A stretch of DNA of 64,000 nucleotides from Sphyrna mokarran. Its lineage: Eukaryota. Shown piece after piece: positions 25,601 through 38,390 of the stretch (within the stretch, counting starts at the first letter, position 1; each line of letters starts with the position of its first letter). The notes beneath the pieces are model-generated. The model saw nothing but the letters and a program-made list of their open reading frames with translations. It was not told where the DNA came from and searched no databases. Both the position numbers and the translations under genes were made by a program. The stretch spans positions 12,524,001 through 12,588,000 of the forward strand of contig JAGIQG010000036.1 in assembly GCA_024679065.1 (NCBI GenBank), written 5' to 3'.

Positions 25601-28364
25601 ACTACCGCCCAGTAACTCCTATAAATTGTCTCCAGTAACTCCCTACAAATTACTCCTATATTCCATATAAACTATCTCGATAACCACTGTAAGATCTCCC
25701 AGCAATACTTATTACTAACACCCAGTTACTTCTATAAATTACTTCCAATAATTCACCATAAATTCCCCCCTTACCACTTATAAATCACACCCAATAAACT
25801 CGTATATCTCACACCCAGTAAACCCCTATAAATTACCCCAAGAGACGCTCTAAATGTCTCCCAATAACTCCAATAAGTTACTGAATAATGACAACCCATT
25901 TGTCCAAATGACTGAGAGATGTTGCTTCTGGCACTGAACTGGAAGCCAGGTATGCGAAAAGCCATACAAGTCCTCTTTATCCTTCCACCAACAGCACTAA
26001 TACAGATATAGTTGGTAATTACATTACAGCTATCGTGGGACCTTGCTGGGTACATATTGACTTCTCTCTACCTTCCATAGTGATCCTACTTCCAATGTAT
26101 TAAATCGACTGGCAGCAGCTGGTCCGCCTGTGATAAGGATCTCAGAGAAGCAAGCTCCGTCTTACAGACTCAAAAGGTTTACAGCTTTGGCTAATTTGTC
26201 CACGCCACCCTTTTCTTAACCCCTATGCTAGTCCCAATTGCCCGCATTTGGCACATGTCCCTCTATACCCATCTTACCTATATAACTGTCCAAAAGTTTT
26301 TCAAAAGACAAAATTGTACCCGCCTCTACTATTACATCTGACAGCTTGTCCCAGACACAGACCACCCTCTGTGTGAATGAACATGCCCCACTGGACACTT
26401 TAGTATCTCTCCCTCTAACCTTAAGTCTATGACTGCAGTTTCAGACTGTCCTACGTTTGGGGAAACATATTGACTATCCAGCTGATCTGTGCCCCTCATT
26501 AATTGAAAAAGATCCATAAGATCAGTCAGAGAAAAATGTCACAGTCTACCCAGCCTCACCTGTAGACATCAACTCCCAGTAGCATACTAGTAAATCTTTT
26601 TTGCAATTTTTCTAATTTTATAATATTCTTTACTTATAATAGGGTGATCCGAATGGTACAGAGTATTCCAAGTATGGCCTTCTTGTACAACTTCTTGTAA
26701 AGGAATTTCTACTCTTTACACCAAACCAAGACATTGCTGCTTCTTAATCAGTGCAAACATTTATATCTTGGTTTCACAAAGAGTATTTCTAATACCCTCA
26801 TTTTACCTGTCAGTGTCATCCACTGGTTGGTTGCCATTTCCTCCGAATCCACAAAAACAGCCATAGTCACTATAGCGTAGATTGTATGTATTTGGATTGG
26901 CGCAAGATACGGCTCTTGCGAAGTTCAACATATTCCGCCCCTGAATCACATTTCCCGGTGCAGGGTTGCACATTGCTGCAAGAGACAGCAGAATGAGTTA
27001 GAAAGTCTGGAATTAGAGCGAGCAGGAAGATAATTTCACAGTAAGCTGTTTTCCAAACCTGCGGAGGAATATTTGTGATGTCAGCGGAAATTGATTTTAA
27101 GAAAGAGGCGATTCGGCCCTACAATTCATGGCTCCGTCTGATTCACATCAGGCTCCTCCCATCTCTCCCCTATCAGCAAAGCTTTCCATATATATATATG
27201 TATATGTATATATATATATAAGCTTCATATATATGAAGGTTATATGAAGCTTACATAAGGAGCTTATATGAAGGTAAGCTCCTTCATGTACTTACCAAGC
27301 TTCCCGTTTAAGGCATCAATATGATTCACATCAACCATTTCCTGCGCTACAGAGTTTCGCAATATCATATCCTTACCAAGGAAAGAGGTTTTATCCTGAA
27401 ATTCCAATGTTATTTCAGTCACTTGACCATCAAATTGCCCCATCCTTTACTTCAACAGTCAGTATCTGACTCGTGAAAGCGGTGGCCTAGTGGTATTATT
27501 GCTGGACTAGTGATCCAGAGATACAACACAGTTCCCTGGGGGACCAGGTTCGACTCCCACCATGGCAGATGGTGAAATCTGAAGTCAATTAAAAAAAATG
27601 GAATTTAAAGTGTAACGATAATCCTGAAACGATTGTCATAAAAATCTACCTGATTCATTAATGTTGCACAGGGGAGGAGATTTTCCGAAATTCCACCCCA
27701 GAGCCACATAATGCCCTCTTGAAAAATTCAGCAAGCAGTTCAAGTGCAATTAGGGGTAGCAATAATTGTTGACCCAACCAGTGATGTCCAAATCACACAA
27801 ATCAATAACATCATATTCACAACTTCATGTGTCACGGAGTGAGACACACACTAAGTCTACTGTAGATTATCAGGAGATTAAATCCATCATATTGAATATG
27901 CCCAGGCAGCTACATTAGGGGATTAGACACAAAGTGAATCTTCCTATGTAGTGTTCCCCATCAAACACTCCCAGGGCAAGGACAGCAAAGGGTTAGAGAG
28001 TAAAGCTCCCTCTACACTCTCCCCCATCAAACACTTCCAGGACAGGTACAGCACGGTGTTGGATACAGAGTAAAGCTCCCTCTACACTGTCCCCCATCAA
28101 ACACTCCCAGGACAGATACAGCACAGGATTAGATACAGAGCAAAGCTCTCTCTACACTGACCCCATCAAACACTCCCAGGACAGCACACACATTTCCTTT
28201 TACCTTCTTTGTCATTGTCAATTTACCTGTTCATAATTGTGCCCAGGCTTTGAGTGTTGCTTTATTTTTTGTTGCCCCTACTCCACCAGCATGTCTCTGA
28301 TGTCTACAGTCGATCACTTACCTCCGAGCATGATGAGGATCACAGTGAATTTCGGTGTCTCCAT
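22461..28364 (-). CDS. Complete secretory PLA2 gene A2, group I-type (PLA2G1B-like), 4 exons, 155 aa
   Basis: join(28322-28364, 26807-26975, 24913-25019, 22461-22609) = 468 nt, open. Signal peptide, propeptide ending in R, YGCFCG loop, CCxxHDxCY, CECD, 14 mature Cys. AATAAA at 22259-22264. Confidence 0.92.
24913..25019 (-). CDS. PLA2-A2 exon 3
   Basis: Same sequence as 5610-5716. Confidence 0.93.
26807..26975 (-). CDS. PLA2-A2 exon 2
   Basis: Same sequence as 7503-7671. Confidence 0.93.
28322..28364 (-). CDS. PLA2-A2 exon 1 (signal peptide)
   Basis: Same sequence as 9018-9060. Confidence 0.85.
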
Positions 28365-29214
28365 GGCTTTTCCTTTCGTTCAATTCAGGGATGTTTGTCT
28401 CATTGTCCTCCTGCCCTTTCTATTCTGAGCTTGGTGTGGCTACACCCCATATTCACTCAGTAGATGCAAATAAGGATGAAGAACTAGAGTGTGCTGATTC
28501 AAATATTTTGCTGCTGCTGAGCATGAGACGTTTGAAGATCTTTTTGACGTGGTTGTGGATTTTTTTAGGCTGTCTAATAAATTCTCTTGCAAAATACCAG
28601 AATGTGAGGACATGTGGTAAGTTCTGTCCCTACTAATTTTGATTTCTTTCAGTTCCTTCTTCTCACTAAACCTTGTGTTCCCCAACATTTCTGATATGTT
28701 ATCTGCGCCCTCCATTGTGAACGCGGAATGCAACATGTATTTAGTTGATAAGCCATTTCTTGTCCCCCATTATAAATTCACCTAATAGTGACTGGAAGTG
28801 TCCTTCATATATTTTCATCAATCTTTTATTCGTATCTATAGAAATTTTTACAGTCAATATTTATCTTCCCCATTAGCTTACAATCATATTCTCTCACTGG
28901 GAGACAGTTCCCTCTCATTCAAGCAATTCCCTCTCATGAGGATACACTGTCTGAGCGTGCTGAGTCTCAGTGTAGTCTATATTCCAAAAGCACTAGTCAC
29001 TAACTGGGGAATGGATCCTGAATATTCTGACGCGGACTGGGGTGCAAATCCTGAAGGTATTGTCTCTCCCTAGCGTACAGGTCCTGTAGGTCATCTCTCT
29101 CTCTCGCTCTCTCTCTCTCACGCACAGACTGGGTACAGTTCTTGAATGTGCAGACACTCACTGGGATACAGTCACTAAAAGTGTCGTTTCTCAGTAGGGG
29201 ACAGTTCCAGGAGA

Positions 29215-30460
29215 CAGAACATAGAACATAGAACATTACAGCACAGAACAGGCCCTTCGGATTTCGATGTTGTGCCGACCAAAAGAAGAAGCAATGCCCC
29301 TCCAAACTAAACCATTCCCTTCTCTTCCATATACTTATCAATTAACCTCTTAAACACCACCAAACTTGGCGCATCTACAACTGCTGCAGGCAGGGCATTC
29401 CACTCCCGAACCACCTTTGGGTAAAGAACCTACCTCTGATATCCGTCCTATAACTATCACCCCTTAATTTAAAGCTGTGTCCCCTCGTGCTAGCTTTTTC
29501 CATCCTAGAAAAAAGGCTATCACTGTCCACCCTATCTAAGCCTCTAATCATCTTATATGTTTCGCTAAGGTCTCCTGTTAACCGCCTCCTTTCTAACGAA
29601 AACAATCTCAAATCCCTCAGCCTCTCCTCATAAGACCTGCCCTCCATACCAGGCAACATCCTGGTAAACCTCCTCTGTCCCCGCTCCAATGCCTCCACAT
29701 CTTTCTTATAATGTGGGGACCAGAACTGCACACAATACTCCAAGTCCGGTCGCACTAGAGTTTTGTACAGTTGTAACATGACGTTGCGGCTCCGAAATTC
29801 AATCCCCATACCAATAAAAGCTAAGACTCCGTATGCCTTCTTAATGACCTTATCGACTTGACTGCCTGCTTTCAGGGATCTATGCACAAATACACCAAGA
29901 TCCCTGTTATCATCAACACCATTAAGGATCCTAACATTAGCCATATACTCTACACATTTATTATTTCTGCCATAGTGCATTACCTCACACTTTTCCACAT
30001 TAAACTCCATTTGCCACCTCTCGGCCCAGCTCTGCAACTTGTCCAAGTCTCTGCAAACTATAACACCCCTCTTCACTATCTACCACTCCACCGACTTTAG
30101 TGTCATCTGCAAATTTACTAATCCATCTTCAATACCCTCATCCAGATCATTTATAAAAATTACAAACAGCAGGGGCCCCAAAACAGACCCCTGAGGTACA
30201 CCACTTGTCACCGAACTCCACGATGAATATCTCCCATCAACCCTCCCTCTGTCTTCTATCTGCTAGCCAATTCCTAACCCAATTAGCTAAATCCCCCTCT
30301 ATCCCATACATCTGCATTTTCTGCATAAGCCTTCCATGGGACACCTTATCGAACGCCTTACTAAAGTCCATATATAACACATCAACCGCCTTACCCCCAT
30401 CCACCTCTTTGGTCGCTTTTTCAAAAAACTTAATAAGGTTAGTAAGGAAGGAGCTACCCT
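29215..30460 (-). mobile_element. Young 5'-truncated CR1 LINE (RT C-terminal part, 233-aa ORF, (ttctatg)n tail)
   Basis: SKFADDTK region; [40 protein letters not shown]. Confidence 0.93.
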
Positions 30461-31460
30461 GAGATGCTGTAGCTAACTAGGGGACAGTTTCTGCAGGAAT
30501 TGATTCTACATGGGGAGGGGAAAGAGGGATTCCTGCAAGCGGTAACTCGCTTTAGGATACAGTTCCTGTAAGTGCTGATACTCACTGAGGAACAGATACT
30601 GTATGTCCTGTCACCACTGGGATACAGCTCCTAATGATACTGACTTTAACAGGGGGGACAGTTCCTGAAGATGCTGATTCCAACTGATTTACAGTTCCTA
30701 ATGATGTTAACTCACATTGTGGTACAAATACTCGAGGTGATGAATATCACTGGAGTACGGATCCTGAGGAAATTGCTTCTCACTGGGGGACAGTTCCTGA
30801 AGATGCTTTCTCTCACTGGGAGACACTTGCAGAAGGTGCAACCTCTCACTCAGATGCAGTTCCTGAGGGTATTGAATCTCACTAGGCTCCAATACAAGAA
30901 GGTGCTGACTCACACAGTTTAAAGTTCCTGAAAGTACTGTCTATCACTAGAATACACTGCGTAAAGGTAGTGACTCTTAATAGTGTACAGTTCCTGATAG
31001 TATTAACTCTCACTTGGGTACAGTGCCAGAAATTCCTGAAGGTGCTGAGCCTCTCACTGGAGGACAGCTCCTGAAATTGCTGCGGAGAGTTCCTGAAGAT
31101 AATAACTTTAACTGTGTTACTGTCTCTGAAGGTGATGACACTCGCAGGAATTCAGTTCTTGAAGGTGCTGACTCACGATGGGACATAGTTCACGATTGTA
31201 CTGACTCTCACTGGGATGTATTTCTTGAAGATGCTGAGGTACATTTCATAAGAAAGTGCAGACTGTCACTGGGGTACTGTTCCTCAAGGTGATGACTCTT
31301 ACTTGTGTACAGTTCGTGAAGGTGCTAATTCTTATGTACAGTTCCTGAGGGTGTTACTCCTGTTCCTGTTCGTGGGTTACTAGTTCCTGGAAAATGTTGT
31401 TTTCCACTGGGTGTAGTCTCTGAGAAGGTGCAGAATCCCACTGGGAAAGTTTCTGAACTG
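30460..31460 (+). repeat. Degenerate ~33-bp tandem array (ctctcactggggtacagttcctgaaggtgctga); also 9580-9910, 28885-29215, 21610-21720, 33590-33680, 40910-41160 (-)
   Basis: Periodic cagttcctgaag motif; interrupted by the CR1 at 29215-30460. Confidence 0.8.
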
Positions 31461-34081
31461 GTATCCTGCTGTTACATCTTCAACGTGGATTCTAGAAATT
31501 TCGTTCAGCAGGCATTAGCTAATTATCTGTAAATTCATGTTTTCTTCCTGCTCCCTTTCTTGAATAAAATTGTTGCATTCGTTATTTTCCAATCTGTTGT
31601 GACTCTTAAAGTGTCACAGGCACTTTCGAAGATTATATCAATGTCTTCACAGCCTTCAGCCAGAGAGTGGTACTTGTAGAGTTCATCTTCACAGCACGTG
31701 GATAAGGCCAAAAAGTTGCATGTTTTCAGGAAAAAGTTAAATATGTCTTTAGGGGCGAAAAATAGCAGAGTTATATATGAAAATATCTGCTTTAGAGTTG
31801 AATGAATAAGATCATTCATTCATGATCTTAATGAAAGGTGGAGCAAGTTGAAAAGGTTGAATGGTCTATTCCTCCTCTTGTCTTCTACGTTACTATTTTA
31901 ATTGCCTTGTGAAATGGCCTACCGACTAATTCAATCAGTTCAAAGGCAGTTGTTTGCCTTGCCAGATATAAACACATCCAATAATAAACAAAGTCACTGA
32001 AAGCAAGGGGGACACAGTCTGGGAGGAATGGGAGAGAAACACATGGAGGGTGAGCTAGCACAGGACTGACAGGTGAGTTGATGCAGGAATCATAGAATCG
32101 TACAAACCCTATACTGGAAAAAGAAGCCATTAGCCCCATCGAGTCTGCACCGACTACAATCCCACGCGGCCCTATCCCCATATCCCTATAAGTTTTCCCG
32201 CTAATACCTGTAATTTATGCATCTTAGGACTCTAAGGGGCATTCTTAGCATTGCCGAGTCACACATCGTTGGACTGTGGAAGGAAACTGGACCACTCAGA
32301 CGAAACCCACGCAGACATGAGGAGAATGTGCAAATTCCATACTGACAGGGACCCAAGCCAGGAATCGAACCCAGGTCCCTGGACTTGCGAAGCTGCAGTG
32401 ATAACCATTGTGCAAATAGAGATGAACAGCAAGAACTTGATTTGTTTTGATTTGATTATCGTCATATGCATTAACATACATGGAGACGTATTTTTTGCGC
32501 GCTATACAGATAAAACATACCGAGAAGGAAGCGAGAGGGTGCAGAATGTAATATTACAGTCCTAGCTAGGGTGTAGAGAAACATCAGCTTAATGCAAGGT
32601 AAGTCCATTCATACGTCTGACTGCAGCAGGGAAGAGACTGTTCTTGAGTCGGTTGGTACATACCTCAGACTTTTGTATCTTTTGCCCGAAGGAAGAACAC
32701 AGAATGACTTTGGAAGGTCTCAAATTTGAACAATTTGCGGATAGAAAGTTTGGTTGCATATGTTGGCAGAAGATAGGAGAACCCAACTGTGGAACTGGAT
32801 AGTGGGTCAGAAATCCAGTTTGCTTTCAAAACTGAGGGGGTGATTGAAACCAGTGAAGGATGAATGGACTTTGGAGGGAAGGTGGGAGTTGGACGTAGAC
32901 AAAATGTTCCCAATAATGGGTAGATCAATGACCACAGGCACTGCCTTAACATGATTGATTCAGTAACACGAAGCCAAGCATTTTTATGTAGTGAGTTGTT
33001 ACAGTCTGGAATCCGCCACCTGAGCGTCGGGAAGGTACAAATACAATCAGGATTTTCAAAAGGAATTTGGAATATACTGAATTAGCTGAGCTATGAGGAA
33101 AGAAAAAAGGAATGGATCTAGGTGCGTTGTTCTTGCAGAGAGCCAGCAAGATCCCAATGGGTAGAATGACTTCTAATCCTACAGCAACTATCAACCTGTC
33201 TGATATTTAACTGCAGGAAATATTTCCAGCGGGCAGACTGTGGTGGTACCCTGGAAAGGAGTTTGAAACTTGAATGGAGAAAGACAAAAGGGTATAGGGG
33301 CCTCAGAATAAAGTATCAGCTCTTACAATGGACATCGGTTGGAAATGCAAAACCAGCACAGGGAATTAACACATTCTGAGGAGTTACAAAAAACAAGGCA
33401 ATACATGCAAAAATAAGAAAATGAATGAAAATTTGCATTTGGTTACATAAACTTAACTTTGCCTCAAGTCACACCATGTCGCAAGAAGCTGTGATTTTCA
33501 TAGAGTTATTACCCTAAACCTAACATGGAGTGAATATCTACAGAACAATCTGGGTTCAGTGGCTGAAGTTTCTGCCTCCCACTGGCATACTGATCCTCAT
33601 GGGGCAGTTCCTGAGGTGCTGACTCTCACTGAGGTATATATCCTGAAGATACTGACTCTCGCATTGGGAGACAATTAATGATATTCACCTGAGTCTGAAG
33701 TGTTTATTTTCCACGTATCTTGCTAATACAGTTTCAATAATGGTTCCAAACAAACGCTCCTAGGGCAGGTAAATGCAGTGTTGAGTTCCCCCATACTGTA
33801 CCCGATCAAATACTCCCAGGACAGAAAGAGAATGGGGTTAAGTACAGAGTAAAGCTCTGTACACTGTCCCCCATGAAACACTCGCAGGACAGGTACAGCA
33901 CGGAGTTAGATACAGAGTAAAGTTCCCTTTAACTCTTAGGGCAGATATCCACATTTCCTTTTACTTTCTATGTCATTGGTAAATTACCTGTTCTAAATTA
34001 TGCCCAGTTTGTGCGTTAGGCTTCATTTGTTGTTGCCTCTTATCACCAGCACATCTCTGAAGTCTCCAGACGACCCTTCAT

Positions 34082-34124
34082 CTCTGAGAACAATAAGAGT
34101 CGCAGTGATTTTCGGAGTCTCCGA
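34082..34124 (-). pseudogene. Dead PLA2 exon-1 relic
   Basis: SETPKITATLIVLR aligns to METPKFTVILIMLG; ATG changed to TCG and donor GT to AT; followed by the same intron-1 satellite. Confidence 0.75.
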
Positions 34125-35619
34125 AACTTCTCTTTTCCTTGCAGTTAGCGATGTTTGAGCAGTTGGCCTCACTAGATGTTGGATGACTGGCATACAATCT
34201 CCTGTTTTCTTCCTACCTCCTTCGTTGAATAAAAATGTTATGACTCCTATTTTCCAATTCGCTGGAATCATTGCATTATCAAAGGAATTTTGGAAGATTG
34301 TAATCAATGCCTCTACTATATCTGTAGCCACTTCATTTACGATCCTAAAGTGTAGGTTTAGCCTCGGGGAAATTGTAAGCCTGTAGGTGTAATAGTTTCC
34401 CCACTGTTTTTTGCCTGGTAATGGCATTTGTTTATCTTTCTTTCTGCCTTTTGGTTTTCAAATATTACTGGGACATTTTTTAAGTCTTTTGCATACTCAG
34501 TTAGTGTTAATCTTGCCAGAAGGTTAGAAGATTAGAAGGTCAGAAGATTGAGGGTGAAGCTCATAACGTGATATCAATTTCTAACAGGACGAGACAGAGT
34601 GCATGAAGAAGAATATTCCCAAAGGTAGGAAGTCAGAACAAGGTATCAAACGCTGAAGAAACGGGACAGCCCATCTACGACTGAGACGAAAAGAATTCTC
34701 TTCACCCAGACATTAATAACTGATGGAATTCACAAAAACCACCAAAAAAGTGGTTGATGCCAAAACTATTGTACATTTTCAAGAAAAAGTTAGATATAGC
34801 CCTAGGGGTGAAAAGTATCAAAGGATATTAAGAAGAAGGTGGGAATGGGCTTTTGAGATGAACGACCAGCTATGATCTCAATGAATGGTGGAGCAGGCTA
34901 GAAGGGCCAAATGATCTACTTCTGTTCTTATTTTCTATGTTTCCATTTTAGCTGCCCTGTGAAATAGCCTAGCCAGCAACTCAATCAGTTCAAAGCCAGT
35001 TAGGAATGAGCAACAAATGCCGATCTCGCTAGATATAAATATCCAGCGCAAGTTTGGGAGTGTGGGACAGAATAGGTTAGGTATAAATAACAAAGAACAA
35101 AACAGCACGGGAAACAGGCCCTTCGGCACAACAAGCCCGCGCCGCGGCCTCGATGTTCCCACTTCTACCCATGATCCCTCTGTATGTTTATAGGGCTATG
35201 CATTGGAAACAAATTTGTGAGACAATTTAGGGAGAATTTGTTCTGCCAATCAGCCTAAGAGCGCATCTTTGGGATGTGGGAGGAAAACCGGAGCACCAGG
35301 AGAAAACCCACGCAAGCACGGGGAGAATGCACAAACTCCCACAGACACAGGCCCAAATCCACGTATCTGCACAGCACAGCGATAGTCACTGTGCTGTCGT
35401 ATTGCCCATCAAATGGTCCAGGTCACACTAATGACGTGAATCACTAGGATACTCTCAAAAAATCCAAGAGCAGCCCTCTCATGACCCATCGCATGTATGC
35501 CCCTTGTTAGACAACAAGGTGGACCAAAGTACCTGTAGGATAAAACAGAAATACATCAATATGATCGAAAATTTACACGCTTCCAGGGAACTGCCAAGGC
35601 TCTTCATTCCTATTTTACA

Positions 35620-36475
35620 TCATTTTTCTATATCCCTCCATTCTGTTAATGTGCCTATCTAAGTATCTCTTAAATAACTCCACATTGCCTGCCTCCACAA
35701 CTTTACTTGGCAGCACGTTCCATACCCCCACCACCCTCTGTGTGAAAAAGCTCCCGCTAGCATTCAAATTATATTTTACAACCCCCACCCCTCACCCTAA
35801 GCCCGTGTCCCATTGTGCTATTTGAGTCCACCCTAGGAAAAAAGCTTAACCTTGTTTACTCTATCTATACCCCTCTTAATCTTGTACACCTCTATTAGAT
35901 CTCCTCTAAGTCTTTCTAAGGAAAAATGCCCCAATTTGCCTAACCTCTCCTCGTAACTCGGACCTTCTATACCTGGTAAACATCCTCTGCACTCTCTTAA
36001 GAGTCTCCACGTACTTCTGGTAGTAAAGTGACCAGAACTGGACGCAGTATTACAAATGAAGTCTAACCAACGTTCCAAACAACTGCAAAATTAAAGGCCA
36101 GCTCTTGTACTCTATACCCCTTCCCATAAAGGCTTAAAGGCTTTCTTCACAACTGTCTCCACCTGCTCTGCCATCTTCAGAGACTTGCGCATCTGCACCC
36201 CCAGTTCCCTCTGCGTTTCTATACTCTTAATAGGTCTACCCTTTATCATATAGCTCCCCCCTATATTCTTTCTCCCGAAATGCATGACCTCGCATTTATC
36301 AGGATTGAATTCCATCTGCCATCTGTCTGCCCAAGCTACCAATCTATCTATGTCCTGCTGCATTGCCTGACAATGCTCCTCACTATCCGCAAGTCCAGCC
36401 ATCTTTGTATCGTCTGCAAACTGGCTGATCACTCCACTTACTCCGTCTTCCAAGTCATTTATATATATTACAAAC
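35620..36475 (-). mobile_element. CR1 RT fragment
   Basis: LFVIYINDLEDGVSGVISQFADDTK..WADRWQMEFNPDKCEVMH. Confidence 0.9.
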
Positions 36476-37779
36476 AGAGTGACAGGTGGGCTGATGCAGG
36501 AGTAGGAGACGTACAGCAAGAGGTTTGCAAGGGCTGAAGTTCGAGGAGTGCTCAAATAGAAAGCTTGGATAAAGGTGGTGGCAGAAGATGGGAAGTACAA
36601 ATGGACTCGGCATATGGAACTGGATAGAGTTCAAAAATCCAGTTCGGAATTAAAGACTGAGAGGTGATTGAGGATAAATAACGGAAGTATGGGCTTTGCA
36701 GGAAGGTGCGGGAATGCATCTGGACAAAATGTTCTCATTGAATCAACGACCACAGGCACTCCCTTAAAATGATAGTCGCAGTTACATGAGGATTCTCACT
36801 GGGATTTAGATCCTAAAGGTACAGGTTCTTGTGGATCACATGAGAATCAGTGCCTTTGGGATCTGTATCCCAGTGACGTCCAGGCTCTCATGCATTCATC
36901 AATATTCCAGATTCCTCTCCCTAGTTTGCTGTTAGGATTTCCCCTCCTCATGGTTTTACCCTGTGTTGCAAATTGTGGCACGATATTTCACCATGACTTG
37001 CATCATCACCTATCCCAAAATTGACAAAATCCAACATCCCTACCTTTGTTTTCGTTGTATTCCAAATCAGTAAAATAGGGAGTTTTCCTTGCTCATATTC
37101 ATTTTGCCAAGCAGTGATAAACATAACGTAGAAACATAGAACACCGAGCTGTGTCCGAAACTAGGATCAAACTATCCTATTCTCTATCATTCTGGTATGT
37201 TCCATGTGCCTATCAATAACTGCTTTAATTTCCTGAAGTGTCCTATACCACTATAACAGCAAGCAGTCCATTTAGCATCCTAACAACTCTCTGAGTAAAG
37301 AAGTTGCCTCAGACTTCCCTCTTATATCTCCCCTCACGAACCTTTCGGTTACGTCTCCTAGTAACAGCTACATTCACCCAATGAAATAATCTCTGAATGT
37401 CGATTCTATCTATCCCCTCATCATTTTATAAACTTCTATTAAGTCGCCTCTCATCCTCCTCTGCTCTAGGTCCCTCAAAATTTCCTCATAAGACCTACCC
37501 TGCAAACCAGCAGTATCCTTGTAAATCTCCTCTGCACTCTCTCCAATGTCTCCAAATCCTTCTTATAGTGAGGTGACCAGAACTGCACACAATATTCCAG
37601 ATATGTCTCACCAACGTCCTGCACAGTTGGTAGCATAACCCCACGGTTCTTAAACTCACACCCCCTGTTAATTATGCAGTGAAGAAGGCAACCTTCAGAG
37701 ATCTATGGATATAAACCCCAAGACCGCTCTGTTCCTCCACTTTCATCAGAACCTTGTCTGTAATCCGCATTAAAATTTA

Positions 37780-38390
37780 GCTTTTATTGTTAGGGGGATT
37801 GAATTTCGGAACCGCAACGTCATGTTGCAAATGTACAAAACTCTAGTGCGGCCGCACTTGGAGTATTGTGTGCAGTTCTGGTCGCCACATTATAAGAAAG
37901 ATGTGGAGGCATTGGAGAGGGTACAGAGGAGGTTTACCAGGATGTTGCCTGGTATGGAGGGCAGGTCTTATGAAGAGAGGCTGAAGGATTTGAGGTTGTT
38001 TTCGTTAGAAAGGAGGCGGCTAAGAGGGGACCTTATCGAAACATATAAGATGATTAGAGGTTTAGATAGGGTGGACAGTGATAGCCTTTTTCCTAGGATG
38101 GAGAAAGCTAGCACGAGGGGACACAGCTTTAAATTAAGGGGTGATAGTTATAGGACGGATATCAGAGGTAGGTTCTTTACCCAGAGGGTGGTTAGGGAGT
38201 GGAATGCCCTGCCTGCGGCAGTTGTAGATGCGCCAAGTTTGGTGGCGTTTAAGAGGTTAGTTGATAAGTTTATGGAAGAGAAGGGAATGGTTTAGTTTGG
38301 AGCGTCATTGCTTTTTATAATAGTCGGCGCAACATCGAAGGCCGAAGAGCCTGTTATGCGCTGTAATGTTCTATGTTTTATGTTCTATAA
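37780..38390 (+). mobile_element. Young CR1 3' fragment nested in an older minus-strand CR1 (~37130-39440)
   Basis: 157-aa [27 protein letters not shown]...; probable TSD aaattta; host fragment gives VPLFKKG..PGNYR..DFSKAFDKV. Confidence 0.9.

Larger units (their letters stand above)
22851..29260 (+). repeat. 6.4-kb direct duplication, copy 2
   Basis: See copy 1; this copy continues into exon 4 on the left and a full CR1 fragment on the right. Confidence 0.95.

Noticed and set aside
29375-30076. 233-aa ORF as a host gene or active retrotransposon
   Set aside because: 5'-truncated CR1 ORF2 fragment with disrupted flanking frames.
30671-31292. 11-aa-periodic ORFs
   Set aside because: Products of the degenerate 33-bp tandem array, which also occurs elsewhere with stops.
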